Source: Phoronis australis
Taxonomy: Eukaryota > Animalia > Phoronida
Direction: 5' to 3'
DNA length: 64,000 nucleotides
Assembly (NCBI GenBank): GCA_002633005.1
Contig: NMRA01000507.1
Coordinates: 186,001-250,000, forward strand
The notes below the pieces were generated by a model. It worked only from the letters and a program-made list of their open reading frames with translations, had not been told where the DNA came from and did no database searches. A program made the translations under genes and the position numbers. This document shows, in pieces, positions 25,690 through 40,077 of this stretch. Each line of letters starts with the position of its first letter. Position 1 is the stretch's first letter.

Positions 25690-27650
25690 GACCAGTGCTA
25701 ACACCCGTCGGACGTCAGACGAACAGACTGGCGCACAAAGCTGAGGAGAGAAAGCAAGACTGTGAATCTGGTGCTTAGGGGAGCAGACTACTCAGTAAGA
25801 CTGAGGCTGATGCGAGAAAGGCTGAGATACAGAGGAAGGGTGAAAGAAAGGAACATCAGAGGGCCCAAACAGCACTGAAATGTGAACAGTTTTCAGAAAA
25901 CATTAACCCTAAAAGGGCTTCTGGTGGTTTCAAACTGAAGCTACACAAGTTCGATAAAAAGCATAATGGCACGGGCAACTTCCTGCAAAGGTTCGAAAAA
26001 TTCGAGTCAGTCATGGAGCCAGTCTTAGAGTAAGTGGTTATTAGTCTGAGTTCTCTGTTAACGTATATTACGAAGATGGTCAGCCTGACAGCGAGATACA
26101 TTATGGCCTTCAGACTGGACATAAAAGCACCCAATCCTCCATGAAGTGGCCCCAAGAATGTAGAAGGAAGCCAGACAATAAGAGAGCGGACCTGAAGAAT
26201 ACTGGCTTAGCAAAGGCCAGAGACTGTCAGAAGTAGACTCTTGGGGTACAACACCAGAAGTAAACGACAATAGTTAACCACCGAGGTTCCAAGGCGAGGA
26301 CAGAGATTCATTGAAGTGTGCTAACCATAAACACGCGTTCAAAGCAAAGCTGCGTCTAAAAGGATGGATACGTCAGCACACAAAAGGTGCCAGTGGCGAG
26401 AGATACAGGCTGCACCACCATTGTGGTTTGATTCAGACTTGCCGAACCGGTAGATATGACCTATTGGAAGCGATTATGTGAGTTGAGAGACTCAACCTTT
26501 CGCCAAAAGCAACACAAGGACACTGTACTATACGGTTCAAGTGGTTGCCATGTGTATGTATCGTCCAGTGACTGATTTGCTTGTCAGGAACGTACCTGGG
26601 GCTTTATAACCAAGGGATGTCGTACGAGAGCAGACAGTGACTACCACCAACAAGGACAGCCCACGGGGCAGGCGATAGCCTGATGGAAGGTTCTGAAGAT
26701 GGCAGTCCCCAAGAAAGGGCTCTGTGACTTCAACTCTAAAGGGGTTGAGGACAGTTGACCGATGAGAACTCATCTCCGAAGCAGTAGCTGTGTCTGCTAG
26801 AGTTCAAGCAGACCGACAAAAGGATTGGGAATAAGCCGTTTGGTATATCTACAGCCCTTGTAGTGTTCAAGGAAGCCCATCGAGACGATTCAACCCGAAA
26901 AGCTGTGGAATTTATCCCCAAAAAGATCGAATCACAGACCAAAGGCAAGGGCTTGTGCATGATAGAAATATTCAATTGGCTGGTGATGACGTGAAATAGG
27001 TTGATCACGCCGTGCAAGTAATTGAAGCCTGTGATGGGGATTTCCCACTAGACTATAGTTAGAAAAGTGACCGTATAGCCAAGAGCTTTTACTGACCAGG
27101 GGAGCATGAGAAGTTTTCCGATTCTGTAAATAATATGACAGAAGACGATTATAAAGGACGAGTGATAGAGGAGCCTTTCAAGAGGGTAACAATTGATCTG
27201 GTGGGTCATTAATTTCTATTGTTGGATAAGGGGAACAGGTATATCCTCGGGGTTGTAGATTTCGCTACCAGGTACCCTCAGACAGTGGTATTACCGGAGA
27301 TAGAGGCAGGGCTCTTGGCCGAATAAATGTTAGAAGTGGGGTTCCGAAGCAAGAACCTGAATGATCATAGAGGAACTGATACAGGACGTCAATATGCTTG
27401 GGAGTTGGAAGAAGCTGGATACGATCCTTTACTATCCACGCTGTAATGGGTCTTTTTCGCTAACCGAAAAGTTCTGTACTCAAGTTCAGGACTTTCAGCC
27501 TTTGAGTTGCTCTACGGCAGGGCAGTTAGAGATCTTATGCAGAATCTGAAAAATCTCTGGACTGTGTAACACAATAAAACGGTTTAAAATACCTATTAGT
27601 ATGTGTTCGAGCTAAGGAATTGTCAAGACGAAACATGTGACTTTAAATGA
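25690..27650 (+). mobile_element. Decayed Gypsy LTR-retrotransposon internal region (probably Gmr1-like)
   Basis: Gag-like KLHKFD..FLQRFEK. Integrase core EEPFKRVTIDLVG..GNRYILGVVDFATRYP, then YYPRCNG and SGLSAFELLYGRAVR. Many stops. No LTRs found. Confidence 0.75.
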
Positions 27651-28065
27651 TGGCATCAGCAAATTTAAATTAATTTATTTTCGAGCCTCAGACGTGGTCC
27701 AACTTGTGCTAATACAGATAACCCCCGTTTTTTCCAAATTCAGGTTGGGCACCTATAGTATCATAGACGGTCCCATTTTTGAAGCTCGAAAATTTCTTCC
27801 TGTTAAGAAGGATAAGTCAAAATTCTTATTAAAATAACATCAGTAAAAATTAACATTCGATCGTCACAATTGTTAACCTCCTTGTAATAAAAGTGGTCCC
27901 ACCTTTTGCCACGTTAAGGTGGGACCCTCTATAGCAATATACAGGCCCCGACGTTTGGAAAGTTTCAGCCGGGTCACTGATATTAATTAAAGGCGCACCA
28001 AATTGGATCCACCTTCAGGCGGGGGTCTGTATATTAATGTAGGGGAAACGCTTTTGAAGCTCGAA

Positions 28066-29580
28066 AAAGATGATCAAAATGATTGCCAACGAAATTACCA
28101 TGACTTTAACCAATCTGTTTAATAAACTTCTTCAGCTAGGTGTATATCCGTGTTCTTGGAAACACGTAATTATGGTCCCTATAAACAAACAAGACTCCAA
28201 AACTGATATTTCAAATTACCGCCCAATAACTTTACTTAACACCCTATCCAAAATCATCACATTTCTCAAACAAAACAACTTGATCTATCATCGTCAATTT
28301 GTTTTGTTTTTTTTTGTGTGGGAACAGCACCGTGGCACAACTTGTTGAAATAGTACATGACATTCATTTACATTTTGAGAAGGGCGAGAGTGTCAGATCC
28401 ATTTTTCTAGATATAGCTTCTGCTTTCGATTGTGTCCCTCAAGGCCCTCTTCTCTTCTTGGTTTATATTAATGACCTTCCTGATAACCTGTCATGTAGCA
28501 CATACCTTTATGCAGATGACACGGCGTTGTTTTAAAAAAGCATTGACCTCACCTTTTCCAAATCTCTTAATGCTCTCTTCCTTATTGACCCGTCTTATGA
28601 CCTTAAATTTAATGATGAAATCATTCCTAGAAAACAGTCGCACAGACATCTTGGTATGCTGTTAGATGAAAAACCCATGATGAAAAACTCATTCACACCT
28701 CACGTTCGGGAGCTCATACAAAAAACTCAGGAACTAATTAACCTACTTCAACTTGTATCTCGTCATCTGAATTCTACATGTACACATCGATTATTGTGAT
28801 ATTATATATCAGTCTGCCAATACTGTTGCACTCCAGCATTTGGAGAAATTACAGTATCAAGCTTCCGGAGCTTACAGGGGATCCAATAGTGTTAACGTTT
28901 CGAATAGTCTCAAGCGGCACAAACTGTCTACTCGACGCTATCTTCACATGACCACCTTTTTTTCAAAGTAATAAAAAATGTCAACAACGCCTTTGTCAAA
29001 AAATATTTGATCTATACACTAGACAAGGGCACCGTAGTGATTTGAGATCCTCCACTTCATACTGAATTCCTCCGTCGTTCAGTCAGGCATTCAGAAGGTC
29101 TACAGTTATGATATGTATCAACAACTGGAATTCTTTTCCAGTCTCTTTTAAGGAAAGCAAATCTTTTACGAGTATAAAAAAATAATTGTATAACTGTTTT
29201 TCATAATTTTGATAGCTCAACCCCCTTGACTCAATTCTCCCTTCCCCGCGATAACGAAATTGTATTATACAGATCAAGATGCGGTCATTTCCTCAACTCC
29301 GACAAGTTCAGGCATAATTTAAGTAATGTCTCTCCAAACTGTAAATGTGGTGACCACCAATCTTATCCTCATGTTTTCTTCAAATGTCCCCTCATCGAAT
29401 ACCTGAGAGCCTCACTCTTTCGTGCTCTCAATGAAAACCAATCAATTGTTAAAGCTCTCCCTACTAAAGTTACATTATTATTGAATGGTAGTCCTAACAC
29501 TGACCCTGTTCACAATGAATTGCCCCTAAGCAACGTTAGCAAATTTTTATGTACCGTTTATGAATATTGTTGCTTCTGAT
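28066..29580 (+). mobile_element. Decayed CR1/L2-group LINE (RT and C-terminal region)
   Basis: NLFNKLLQLGVYPCSWK..SNYRPITLLNTLSK, IFLDIASAFD, PLLFLVYINDL..LYADDT, and a C-terminal CKCG..HVFFKCP. Internal deletions and stops. Confidence 0.85.
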
Positions 29581-30289
29581 TTCCATACATGAATCTGTAC
29601 ATGTTTTTATTTTTATATATTCGTAATAGAATATCTAAATATTGGGATACTTACATTAGATACTACTTAAATGTATATACCTCTATGTATATTAGTTTCA
29701 TTTATGAATTGTCTACAACCCAGATATAATGCTTCGCGATTTCTGGGTTTTTCATTATTTCTTTGTATGTTCTGTGTATTCTTCAATAAACATATATCAC
29801 TTTAAAAAGAAAAAAAGCTCGAAAAAGGATTTTTTGCCTTTGTTGTATTTTATAAATAATAAGATATTTGAAATAATAAGCTATTATATGTGTTTGACAG
29901 AAAAAATGTTTAATGCTCAACACTGAAAGAAACATCACTACGACAACAAGGACAGGGACACGCAATTTCGAGCAGGACAGTGAATAATGGTTTTAATCGC
30001 TGCAGATCAAAACAACTTATTTATAAAGTGAAAGAGACCGTACATAGTAATGGGGTAGTCAATTAACTTGAACGGCAAGATCAAGATCTTCCATGGAAAT
30101 GTGTTGAAATCACATCGCGAACGCAAAGTTGACTACACTGTAGACAAGGAACAAACTGTCGGTGTGGTGTTGACATAGGAATATCATCCTGATGAAGCGA
30201 CCGTCCTCGACAAAGGCCACTTTGAGCTTTAACCTGATGGTGATATTTTGAAACATAAAACACTGGAAAAGTGTCTCTACCACACCAAT

Positions 30290-30450
30290 TTACCCGTTTC
30301 CAATTTTCATAATTACGAAGCAAGAAAAAATGTACGAATTTCAAGATCAATTGTTTCAAAGTATCACAAAGTAGCAACGGAACTTGCTCAGGGCGACCTC
30401 CAATCTGGAATCGGCCACTGTAAAGTGACAAACAGGATAGATACCTGAGG
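30290..30450 (+). mobile_element. Possible Tc1-like transposase N-terminal fragment
   Basis: ARKNVRISRSIVS..KY...DLQSG..QDRYLR resembles the Tc1 HTH/GRPR..QDRYI region. Frameshifted. Confidence 0.3.
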
Positions 30451-31086
30451 ACCTCCGAAGGCAAATAAAACAGTCATGAATTTACCACTTTTCTAATAAT
30501 GGTGTAGACGGAGTCATTGGAATACATAACATTATAACATATCCAAGGATCTGACTGTCTGCTGGTGGAGGCTGCCCCTGTAGTGTTGAACAACGTTTTC
30601 CTCTCTAACAAAAATCAAATTAAGAGAAACATGAGAAAATAACCATAACTATATTATATTTATAATTCAACACAAATTCCAGTTACTACACCACTGTCAC
30701 TCAACAAAAATATTTTTTATCTACGAAAGTAGGCTTTGTAATTCTCACTATATGTGGGAAGTTAGTGTAATGAAGAGACGATATCTTGTACTAATTTATG
30801 GCTCACGTCTGCACGATTCATTTCCAGAAACTGTGAGTGAATACAAAGTAACGTTGATCTTCAAAAAAATGGAACACCCCAAGTAAGGCATGATTATGAC
30901 ATCGCACGATTTAATACTAGTTAATGCAATGGTGAGTGAATCAAATACAGCCGCCACGAAAGGATCAATGATGTATTACAGTATTTAGAAACGCCAAACG
31001 GCGTGGAAGCTGTGAAAACACAAGAAATGTTTCATATTTCGTATTTGCTACACTTTGCCTTGCACCGCTGAATTCTACTTCTGTAG

Positions 31087-31169
31087 GCACGTGTCCCGGT
31101 TTGTCGAGATTTAACATAGCACAGGTCTCGTGGACGAATGAAAGTGATGTCACCGACGGATTCGTAAAA
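31087..31169 (+). CDS. Exon 6: CTHRC1-C repeat 2, N-terminal part
   Basis: cttctgtag|GC...AAA|gtaagt. 83 nt, phase 1 to 0. (G)TCPGLSRFNIAQVSWTNESDVTDGFVK. Confidence 0.82.
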
Positions 31170-32749
31170 GTAAGTTGTTCATGACGAAATACTTATTGTT
31201 TTGATATTGGTTACAAAATGTGGTCACATTAGGGTGCTTATTGTGGTACATGTGAATATAAATTTATGAAGATTCTTTCAACCGGAACAACTAAGCTCAA
31301 CTCAAACTGTCGCAGCCTTGTTAACAAAGACCCTTGTTGGCATAACCAATTACAATTGTTGACTCAAAAATCGTCCACTGGCTGCAATTCGAACTAGCAA
31401 ACTGATTAGTTGTCTGACACTACAAAAAGAGATAGTTATTGGCAGTGTTTTGAGAAGATAAATCTCGGGAAGATGGAATTTAATGTGCAAAGTGATGGAG
31501 GTTGAACTTAAACGTGTACATTGAGTTAAATGGACTGTGAGTTTGTCATTTGTTGCGTTTCCCTTATTGACAATAATGTATTGAAAACTTGCAGTGTCGT
31601 TCACTGTTTAAGGTTGCACTCAAAAAAGTCATCAAAAGGTCCACTGTTTTAGAAATTCAAACCACTCCTTGCGTAATTCAGGCTACGGGCCTGAACGATC
31701 AAAACTCAGTTGAGCAGACAGCGAACACGAACAGTGTAAACTCTCGCTGCTTGTCTTGGAGTAGCAAGCTCTAAAAATACATAGGTCATTTGCAGGAGTT
31801 AGCATTCCAGGACTAGAGTTTGATGGTTAAACCCATCCCTGAGTCTATTTGTAAGGTCATAAAAGCACAAAGCTGGAGTGCATTCTAATAACTTGCTGCG
31901 ACAATGGTGAAAGCCACTGAGAAGTGAATTTGGCGTACGCGATTTCTACTGCAAATTGAATTTGTCTTGAGCACCCTCTCCTCATTGATTTCCTTTTGCC
32001 AATGTTAAGACGAATATTTGATTGGCTAGTCTGCGTAAGACACAAATAAGTATTCATTGGTCTACATTGGCGTTATACTACACTCATATGGCGACAAGAA
32101 ATTAGGCTCGATTTCGGACGTAACTAATGCGTCATTTGACCTGACTTTACCAAGAATAGTGTGTGAAGTAAAATTGTTTGTGAGTCAATGACGCGGGAAG
32201 CGGAGGCTTAAGATTTAAGAGTAACAACTGTTTTTAGGACCATTCTACCTAGAAGATACATGTCCCCATGCTTAGGAATGATGTCATGCCAAGAATTGAA
32301 CGATGGCGCTTGGCTTACGTCAAAATCCAACTGCTGCCTGGTGGTTTGGTAATTTGTCCCAATTTGGCACAATCGGCATAATTTATGAGGAGGAGGATAC
32401 TGATAAAATTGTTTATATAAGTTTTAGGTTTTAAAAGTCACATGGAATGAAATGGTACAAGAACACTACGCAGTGAGATTACCAATCAGCTGCGCCCCCA
32501 CCCGAATAACCATCATTCCCCTATAAAATGGTATGCGACAATCGATCGTGTAGACAGCGAGCCGATTGTTGTTATGTATGATAGTCGTATTTGGCAATCG
32601 GGCAGTTTCAACCACAGATGTGATATCAGCCATAAATAGCTAACGTGTTGCTACGAACGAGAGAAAGACACATATCTTCGTAATTAGATTACTTCTCAAT
32701 AACATGTTCAAGAAATGACCTTTTAATAATACCTGTGTTATATTTGTAG

Positions 32750-32942
32750 AAGTTCGTCTACTACAAACGCGACCCGAATACGACCATTCACGTGATTTTC
32801 GTTTCCAACATGCTAACTGCCGGCAATGTTATCGAATATCACATCAAATTCAACGACAACCTTTGTACCTCACCCGGGACAGTCGGTGTGCGCTTAGGAT
32901 TGTATGCAGCTAATTTCAGGTCCAGAATTGGCACAAACGCAG
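32750..32942 (+). CDS. Exon 7: CTHRC1-C repeat 2, middle part
   Basis: tatttgtag|AAG...GCAG|gtaaag. 193 nt, phase 0 to 1. KFVYYKRDPNTTIHVIFVSNMLTAGNVIEYHIKFNDNLCTSPGTVGVRLGLYAANFRSRIGTNA shares YxK..IxV and FN..C..PGT with exons 4 and 10. Confidence 0.82.
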
Positions 32943-33905
32943 GTAAAGTATGTATTGCCTAAGACTCCTGGGGGAAATGAACCAACCACCGAGTACTCAA
33001 GCGTTATTCTTGGTAAAAATTGCCGGCAGCGCAACCTCAGCGGTATGAAATTGAAGTTGACATTCCATGAATAGACTTCTTTGGTTTCAGAATGATAAAT
33101 AATTGACGCAGCGAATAGAACTGATTGATACTCATCATTCTGGTTACCTATAATAACATGGCCATGACAAGTGAAATTTAAACCTCTAAACTCAACATCA
33201 GTTAAACTTGTGGTTTAATAACCTAGGTTAACATATATAGGAATTGGTCTCATTGGAGTCCAGTTTGTGTGCTTAAAGTAAACACATTGAATAGCATGGC
33301 TGTTACATGAAAAATTAAGTTTTGAATCTGGGCCATTGTTTGATGTCGAGACTGAATCTCCTGCCCTCTTCTTATACAATACGAACTCTCTAATATAAAT
33401 TGATAGTGCTTCAGTGGGAACTTTAGAAAGATTTTCATTAACTCCGCAGTAATGCCTCCAAATAACTCTGACTTCGATGACATACCTCAGTCTCCCTGGA
33501 TCCAACATAGCGAGTTCTACTGTAATTCAATGAGATATCAACTAACACGACACAGAATCTCACCCCATAAGCTCCAGTATGCAATAGCTTTAGATGTGTA
33601 TGACATGGTATAAAAACACAAAAAGTATGCGCATGTGTATGAAGTGGGTGATCTGAAGGGCATTTTTGTAACACTCACTCAAAAATTCCCAAGAAAATGT
33701 TCGAATTCTGTGCAAGTGATTATTCTGTCGTACAATTTGGATGATATTGTTGACGGAAAGCCTGACGAGTGACGACCCAAACAGGTACCTTTTCAACCTC
33801 ACTTAAGAAAGTCTTCATGTACCGACAGCATCAGTTTAGTGCAAATAAAATATACCTACAAAGCTATGCCATAGTCATTGTATTAAAGAAACATTGAATT
33901 ATTTC

Positions 33906-34014
33906 CAGGGGTGGATCCAAAATTTTGAGTTAGGGGGGCCAGGGCACAGTATTAGCCAGGATTTTGCCTATCAGACATTCGCACCCCCGAAATGTCAAAT
34001 GGAATCTGCCACTG
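33906..34014. mobile_element. Short MITE with CAG..CTG termini and 5-bp TSD
   Basis: CAGGGGTGGATCC...ATCTGCCACTG, flanked by ATTTC/GTTTC. Internal sequence matches the 15710 copy. Confidence 0.72.
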
Positions 34015-34146
34015 GTTTCAATATAAGAACATAGTATACCACCGGGTTTATCTGTACAAACGGGACAGCCAAATGCCACCAGTACTGGTACTATAAACAC
34101 TCTGGCATTGCTATCTGTACCACTATCAAAAATTTAATCTAAAACA

Positions 34147-35306
34147 TTAGTTAAGACTGTCAAATTTGTGACGGAAAGAAATTCCACTGCTGTCCATTGA
34201 CAAAGCAGCCAGTCTGAATTTATCTGGATAACGCATCATCAGTGCTACGGCATTCTCTTTGGACACATCTGGAGCTCCATCAGTCGGCATTTTTGGAGGG
34301 GCATCAATTAAGAAGCGAATTTCAAGATCACCAGCTTCTCTTCTGTTCTGCACTAAGTGCAAGGTTTTCTCCTTTACTTCATTTACAAACTCTGAAAAGC
34401 ACAAGAGCAGCAATTCAAAAGTAAAAAAAAAACTTTTTGATTCCAGAGTAGTCCATGATTAAAGTAAAACACCACGATATCTAATTGCTAGTTTTCGTCT
34501 AATTTTATAAACTTCAAGCTAAAGCCAAAACTAGATTTTAATCCTATTTTTAAGCAGATTACTTTGATAATCAAAACGTGTTTTGCTTTATTCATAGTCT
34601 GCATTCTTTTCAAAATACATGCATCTTTTGAGATCAGCTTTCTTTGCTGTGGTTTTTAGTTTTACCCATTTATAACCAAATCTTTCACGAAAAACAACAG
34701 ATTTTTAAATACTTTAGAACTATGGTGGTTGTGAAAAAAGATCGTTATTGTTCAGGCTCTGCGAAAGCGTCATGAATTCTTAGACAGAAAAATTATCGAG
34801 GTAACTCACCTTTTTACAAGACCAACTTCAACATTCGTGGTGTGTTTGTCGTCGAAGCAGCAGTCCTCAAAATGGTCGGAACATATTTCGGCTCCGACAG
34901 ATGGCTGACTTGACATTCATTTTCCAAAGACGAGCAGTGCACATGAAAACGTGCCATTACGCTGCCAGATGCTTGTCTTTTGAGAATTTAAATGGGCCCA
35001 CGCCTTCCACCTGGGTGGTGTTAGAACAGTTAGCACACACACACCCCTGCACCATTGCTCAAACACGCCAAGATTGAAGGTCTTTGTTCGTCGTGTACTG
35101 TGATATAATGGCGGTGAACTGCATTGTGGGATATGATCTAGTAGTTTGTGTTCCCGAACACCATGTAACTGAGTCAAAGGTCAACTTTTCGCGGATTTTT
35201 TATTTTCGCATTTTTAAAATAACCAAAGATACAATTGTACGATAATTTGAATAACATACATCCAAAGAGCAATACCTTGGAGATATTATTACAAATTACA
35301 CTTTAA
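34147..35306 (-). mobile_element. Decayed THAP-containing DNA transposon (Kolobok-like)
   Basis: Minus strand from ATG 35055: MVQGCVCANCSNTT..FKFSKDKHLAA*W..(frameshift)..ICSDHFEDCCF, with a GTGAG donor near 34809. The 34147-34413 ORF resembles a transposase C-terminus. ACTTTAA at 35300-35306 may be the end. Confidence 0.55.
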
Positions 35307-38037
35307 CCTGATGGCCACCTCCATTTAAATACTCTCGCCATTTTTAATCTGGGGGACCTTGTTTTTTAAAATAGTGTTGGAAGGCACATGGATACAATTC
35401 ACACTCCAAAAGAATTGAAGACAATTGACAAGTTCTTTTATACAAGTGCAACAACAAAATAAGTATTTATTTTCACAATTTTACTATATGGCATAACGTT
35501 TATTTGGACATCTACTTTGTGACGCCTGTCTTGCAAATAAAGGTTTTGTTAATAAAAGTTCTTCCTTCACTGTGACAAGTTTGGTAGCGTACAAGGAATT
35601 GCAGTTCATAGACGCCTTTTGCACATGAGGTTTTAATCCACCTCGAACCGGGTCCAACTGACGACAAAAAAAAAACCAAAAAAACACAAGAACGAAGTGT
35701 GTAAACAATATATTTAGCGTACCCTTTTGACTATAAAATCTCGGAAGGCGGCAGAAAAGTCCGATTTGAACACGACTTTATCCGAAGCTTAAGCCTTACA
35801 TTGCAACCAATCATGGTAATTGTCATCCTGCCAGATCCGCATGCAAAACTTGTAGGACCTTTCCAACATTAGCGTTGTAGACGGAGGTTCGTGGTACTGT
35901 GACAGTCCGCTATACTCCCAAGAGGAACATGTATATATGGTGTTGAATCGCTAGTCACCCGCCATCAGTCGTCAATGAACACACATGATATCCGACAACA
36001 GCCAAAGTTAAACTTGCTTGTTTCTTATTTTCTGTAGCTTGACGGAAGGTTTCAAATAGACCGTGTCCAACCCCTATTACAGTGTGTAAAAACGCGTGTC
36101 CGTGTGGTTGAAATATCCGACATAACGCTTGTGTTTTACACAATCGTTGTCCGGCGTGAAACGCACGTAACCTGACAGACAGTGCCAACGTTAGACAACT
36201 TTATCCGGAGCTTATGTACTAACTAAACGTTTCGAAAGCAGAATGTCTGGTTGCTGTTTATTTAGTACGCGACCTTATTTCGTCGCATGTTTCCGTCATC
36301 TCTGTCCATCATATCTGCCTGGCGTCCCTCCGTCTGGCGTCTGTCAGTCCCGTATTATGAAAATTAACATATATGTTCTAACATGTACTGAGAAGAGAAC
36401 GACTGACGATAAGTTATGGACGGGTTAGAGTACTTTAACCCCGGCCCCCACAATGTCAATTTTATTTTTGCCTGTGGCTCAGTACCTTCCGAGCTCCTTG
36501 GTGGATTTTTATCAAATTTGTCATTTTGCTATTGGGGAGAGTACAATGGCTTTAGCTGATTTTAGCATAAACTCGACTACTGCTGAGTCTCCCAGTGACA
36601 ATGTTTGCTTCTGTCTCGATATTAAGTCATTTCTTGGTAAAAGCTTATGAATTTGGCGGATAAATTTCTTTCCTGAAGAAAGCGGTCTTTGCATCGTTTT
36701 TATTTCTGTTCTTTATCGACCGCTTCCTTGCCGGCTATAAACAACCCGAGGATCGTGGTGAAAGTTGTGAGTGATGACGTGCTTTTGTGCTCACTAGGGA
36801 CTATGCTAAGTTACGTATTGCACCTTTAGTGGTAATAGACCGGCAGCCTAGAGCACTTAGCATAGATGAAAAATGTACCAACACCTGACCACGGGAGCAT
36901 TTAGATTCTACCTCTGTATGTACAGAAATGGACTTCTGCCGTTGTCTGCACTCTAGGTGTGACCCCTGGAGGCCTTACAAAGGGGCCAAAATTGAGCTAG
37001 ACTAGATGTTCGAGGTACCGGCCGAAACTGATTTAAAAAAACAACAGTACCCCACTGAACACCGAATGACCCATGACAGACAAATTGCACTCTGGAATAG
37101 GTCCGGCAGGACCCATAAAAATCCCCAAAATGACCTAGCACATACATACATTCGAGGTACCACAAAAACAATTCCATGTGATTCAATACATGTCAGGGGT
37201 CACTAAATGCCCTATCACAGACAAAATGCTCTGGATTATGCCCTGCAGAAACCCTAAAAATCACAACCACGGTATGCCATCGAAATTTAGAGCTACATTA
37301 GATACCCGAGGTACCGGCCAAAACTGACTCAAAATCAATAATCGTGCCGCACCAGATGACCCATGACAGACAATTTGTGCTCTGGAAAGCGCGCGCCAGA
37401 AACTAAAAACGACATCCTAAAAGGAGCTAGGTCATCATTCGAGGTACCACAATAAACAATGCAATGAGATTCAAATAGATGTTACTGAACCCACTCTAGG
37501 TTGTGCTCGCCAGACCAAGAAATATCAACCACGTAATTGTGAAAATGACATATTAGATAATGAAGATACCGGTTAAAGCTTAGTAGAGTTTCTCAGAATA
37601 AAGGATTTCAATAAGAAAGGTGTTGTGATCACGTGTTTCGGTGCATGGCAAATTAGTGTATTCCGTAAAACTTTTGCGTCTACTGAGCTGTCTCTGGCGG
37701 AAAGTAAGCATGTTGGAAAGTACCTGATAACAGTAAAATGTTTAAGACGCAGCTAGTGTAGTAGAATGAGCTACCAAAACTGCCAGCAGGAATGATGCTT
37801 CAATGGCAACAAATGTCCCCTAAATTTGCGCTAGATCGAGGAACCACGAAAATGATTTCCAAAGAGTCCTTTCATTCCATTGACTACAATACGTTGAAAG
37901 AAATGCAACAGACGTGTTTTCAAAATTCTTCTTTAATCAAAATGAACTAGAAATAACAAGACTTTCAAACAGCAACCCATAAACTTATAACAACATAATA
38001 ACAGACAATTAAAGTCATTGCATCGGCGAGAACATCA

Positions 38038-38169
38038 CATGGGCGGCTCACCATAGGGGGCTGGGGCCATAGCCCCCACTTTTTTCAGTGCTGCACCACC
38101 CATGGTCTATGGGCGGTGCACCACAGGGGGCTGGGGAGGGGGCACTTTTTCAGTGCTCCGCCGCCCATG
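38038..38169. mobile_element. MITE with CAT..ATG termini and 5-bp TSD, nested in the Academ-like element
   Basis: CATGGGCGG...CCGCCCATG, flanked by CATCA/CTTCA. Has an internal tandem duplication. Confidence 0.7.
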
Positions 38170-38935
38170 CTTCACTCTAATATATGTTTAATGTCAATAG
38201 TAGTTTCCAGCTTGACTCGGGCTCGTTTTTTTCGGCATAGTCCTTTCCCTCTACCTCTTGATCGGCTTGGTTTTCTTGTAAAAGACCAGCAACTTCAAAA
38301 ACGACATCAGGAACAGCAGATCTACAAAAGCATTCGGGAGTATAGTATCCATCTTGTATCTTCCAATTGTAGTTCAGAGGATCCAAACCGTTTCCCGGAT
38401 CGGCCGAATCCGCTTGATTCCAGAGCATGGCAACATAATGGGCTCGTTCCAACTTGTTCAATAGTGTCTTTCGGCAAGGAGGAAGCAATGCGCGGTCGAT
38501 CTTCTTGATGTTGGACATTGAATTTTCCTGAAATAAATAGTGAGAAAATTTAATTTACGAGGGACCAATGGTCTAACAGCTGACGAACAAAAACATAGAG
38601 CCTGAACGCCACTTATTGTCTTTTAAGTATCAACTGAGACGGCCTTTTAGTTTAATCAACTATGTTTTATCAATTACAGTCATTACCTTGTTTATTTCTC
38701 CGGTCATCTCGATTAATTTCAGATATCTCGCTTCATTGACGACTTTCACTCCTCCCTTCACTCCATATAGGATGCATATGAACTCTTCTAACTTTCTTTC
38801 ATCTGGGACATCTACGCTTATTAACTATGAGAAGAAGCTGATAAGTGCCTCAGATGAGTCTTTCATCAGAATTTCCAGAGGCCTCTCTTTCCCTTTGCTA
38901 TACAGTGCTACTGTGACGTCACACCCCATCATTGT

Positions 38936-40077
38936 CATTATATGCTTGGGTTTATCTGTTCCTCGATCGCAAATGACGTCACTCAATAATATATATAAGA
39001 AAACATAAAGGTTGGACACTTAAACTTTGCCAAGCCGAGGGTCCCAACTTCAACCGTCCAAAATCCAAATAAAATCTTCGCGCACCTCCCTCAGTCTGGT
39101 GTTGCATAAACCTTCGAAGCCTTATCTTTCCTAGATCCCATTAACTGTCTTCGTGAGTGGTGAATTGGCGATGGAATTTCCAAAACAATCTCAAAACTCT
39201 GAATTCAAGGACCTGAAATAGTAAACATGGCGGATTTCAGTTGTGCTTCAACTTGTACGCCTGTCGTAGGTGAAACTTCGAGTTTGAGCAAGCAACCTAT
39301 ATTTCAAATTCAATAATTCTAATCCAAAACTCAACTAATTGATGTTAAAGTTAGTATTTTAATGATTATTTGTAACTTTATTCCACTGACGGCTCATTTT
39401 AGCCCTTAACTTAAAAATTTATTACATAAACTGGCGTATCTTGTTTCTCAATTTGACATCACGCACTTTTTTGATTGAAGCACAACACACTCTCGGCCAG
39501 GAAACGCAGTCCGTACAAATATTACAATGCGCGTGGCCGACGAATTAACTCAATGCTTTTGGCCAAAAGTAAAACCTTCATAAGAAATCACAGTACACAC
39601 AATTCTTCGCATATCAATACAGTATCAGGATAATTTTTATTTGACACAAATATGTGAGTAATTACATTTATTTGGCAATAAAGTGCTCTCTGCTTCTCAT
39701 GATCAAGTAGTCGAGGGATTGACGATAAAAGCCGCGCGACATTAGACTTTCGGATTTAGCTCGGGAGCGTCCGTCAAAAACCCGGATGTGCGAAGACCGT
39801 CTGCCATGACATCACGGAATCACTTCCTTGAATTTGTGATTTTGGCATTCTTTTGGCATTTTTGTCGCCAAATCACCACTCGAAGGCAATTTGAAGAGAT
39901 CAAATGAAAGAAAGTATTCTAAGAGTTGTCCGATGCTAGTTTCGTGGAGTTCCATACACATTTGAGTAGAAAATTCTGAGCAAACATATTTCGAGTGTCC
40001 AACCTTTATGTTTTCTTACATGTATTATTGAGTGACGTCATTTGCGATCGAGGAACAGATAAACCCAAGCGCCTGTG
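38936..40077. mobile_element. 1.14-kb TIR element nested in the Academ-like transposase
   Basis: ~77-bp TIR GCTTGGGTTTATCTGTTCCTCGATCGCAAATGACGTCACTCAATAAT.. at 38944, inverted and ending at 40070. Removing the element restores GLHTMMGCD. Confidence 0.8.
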
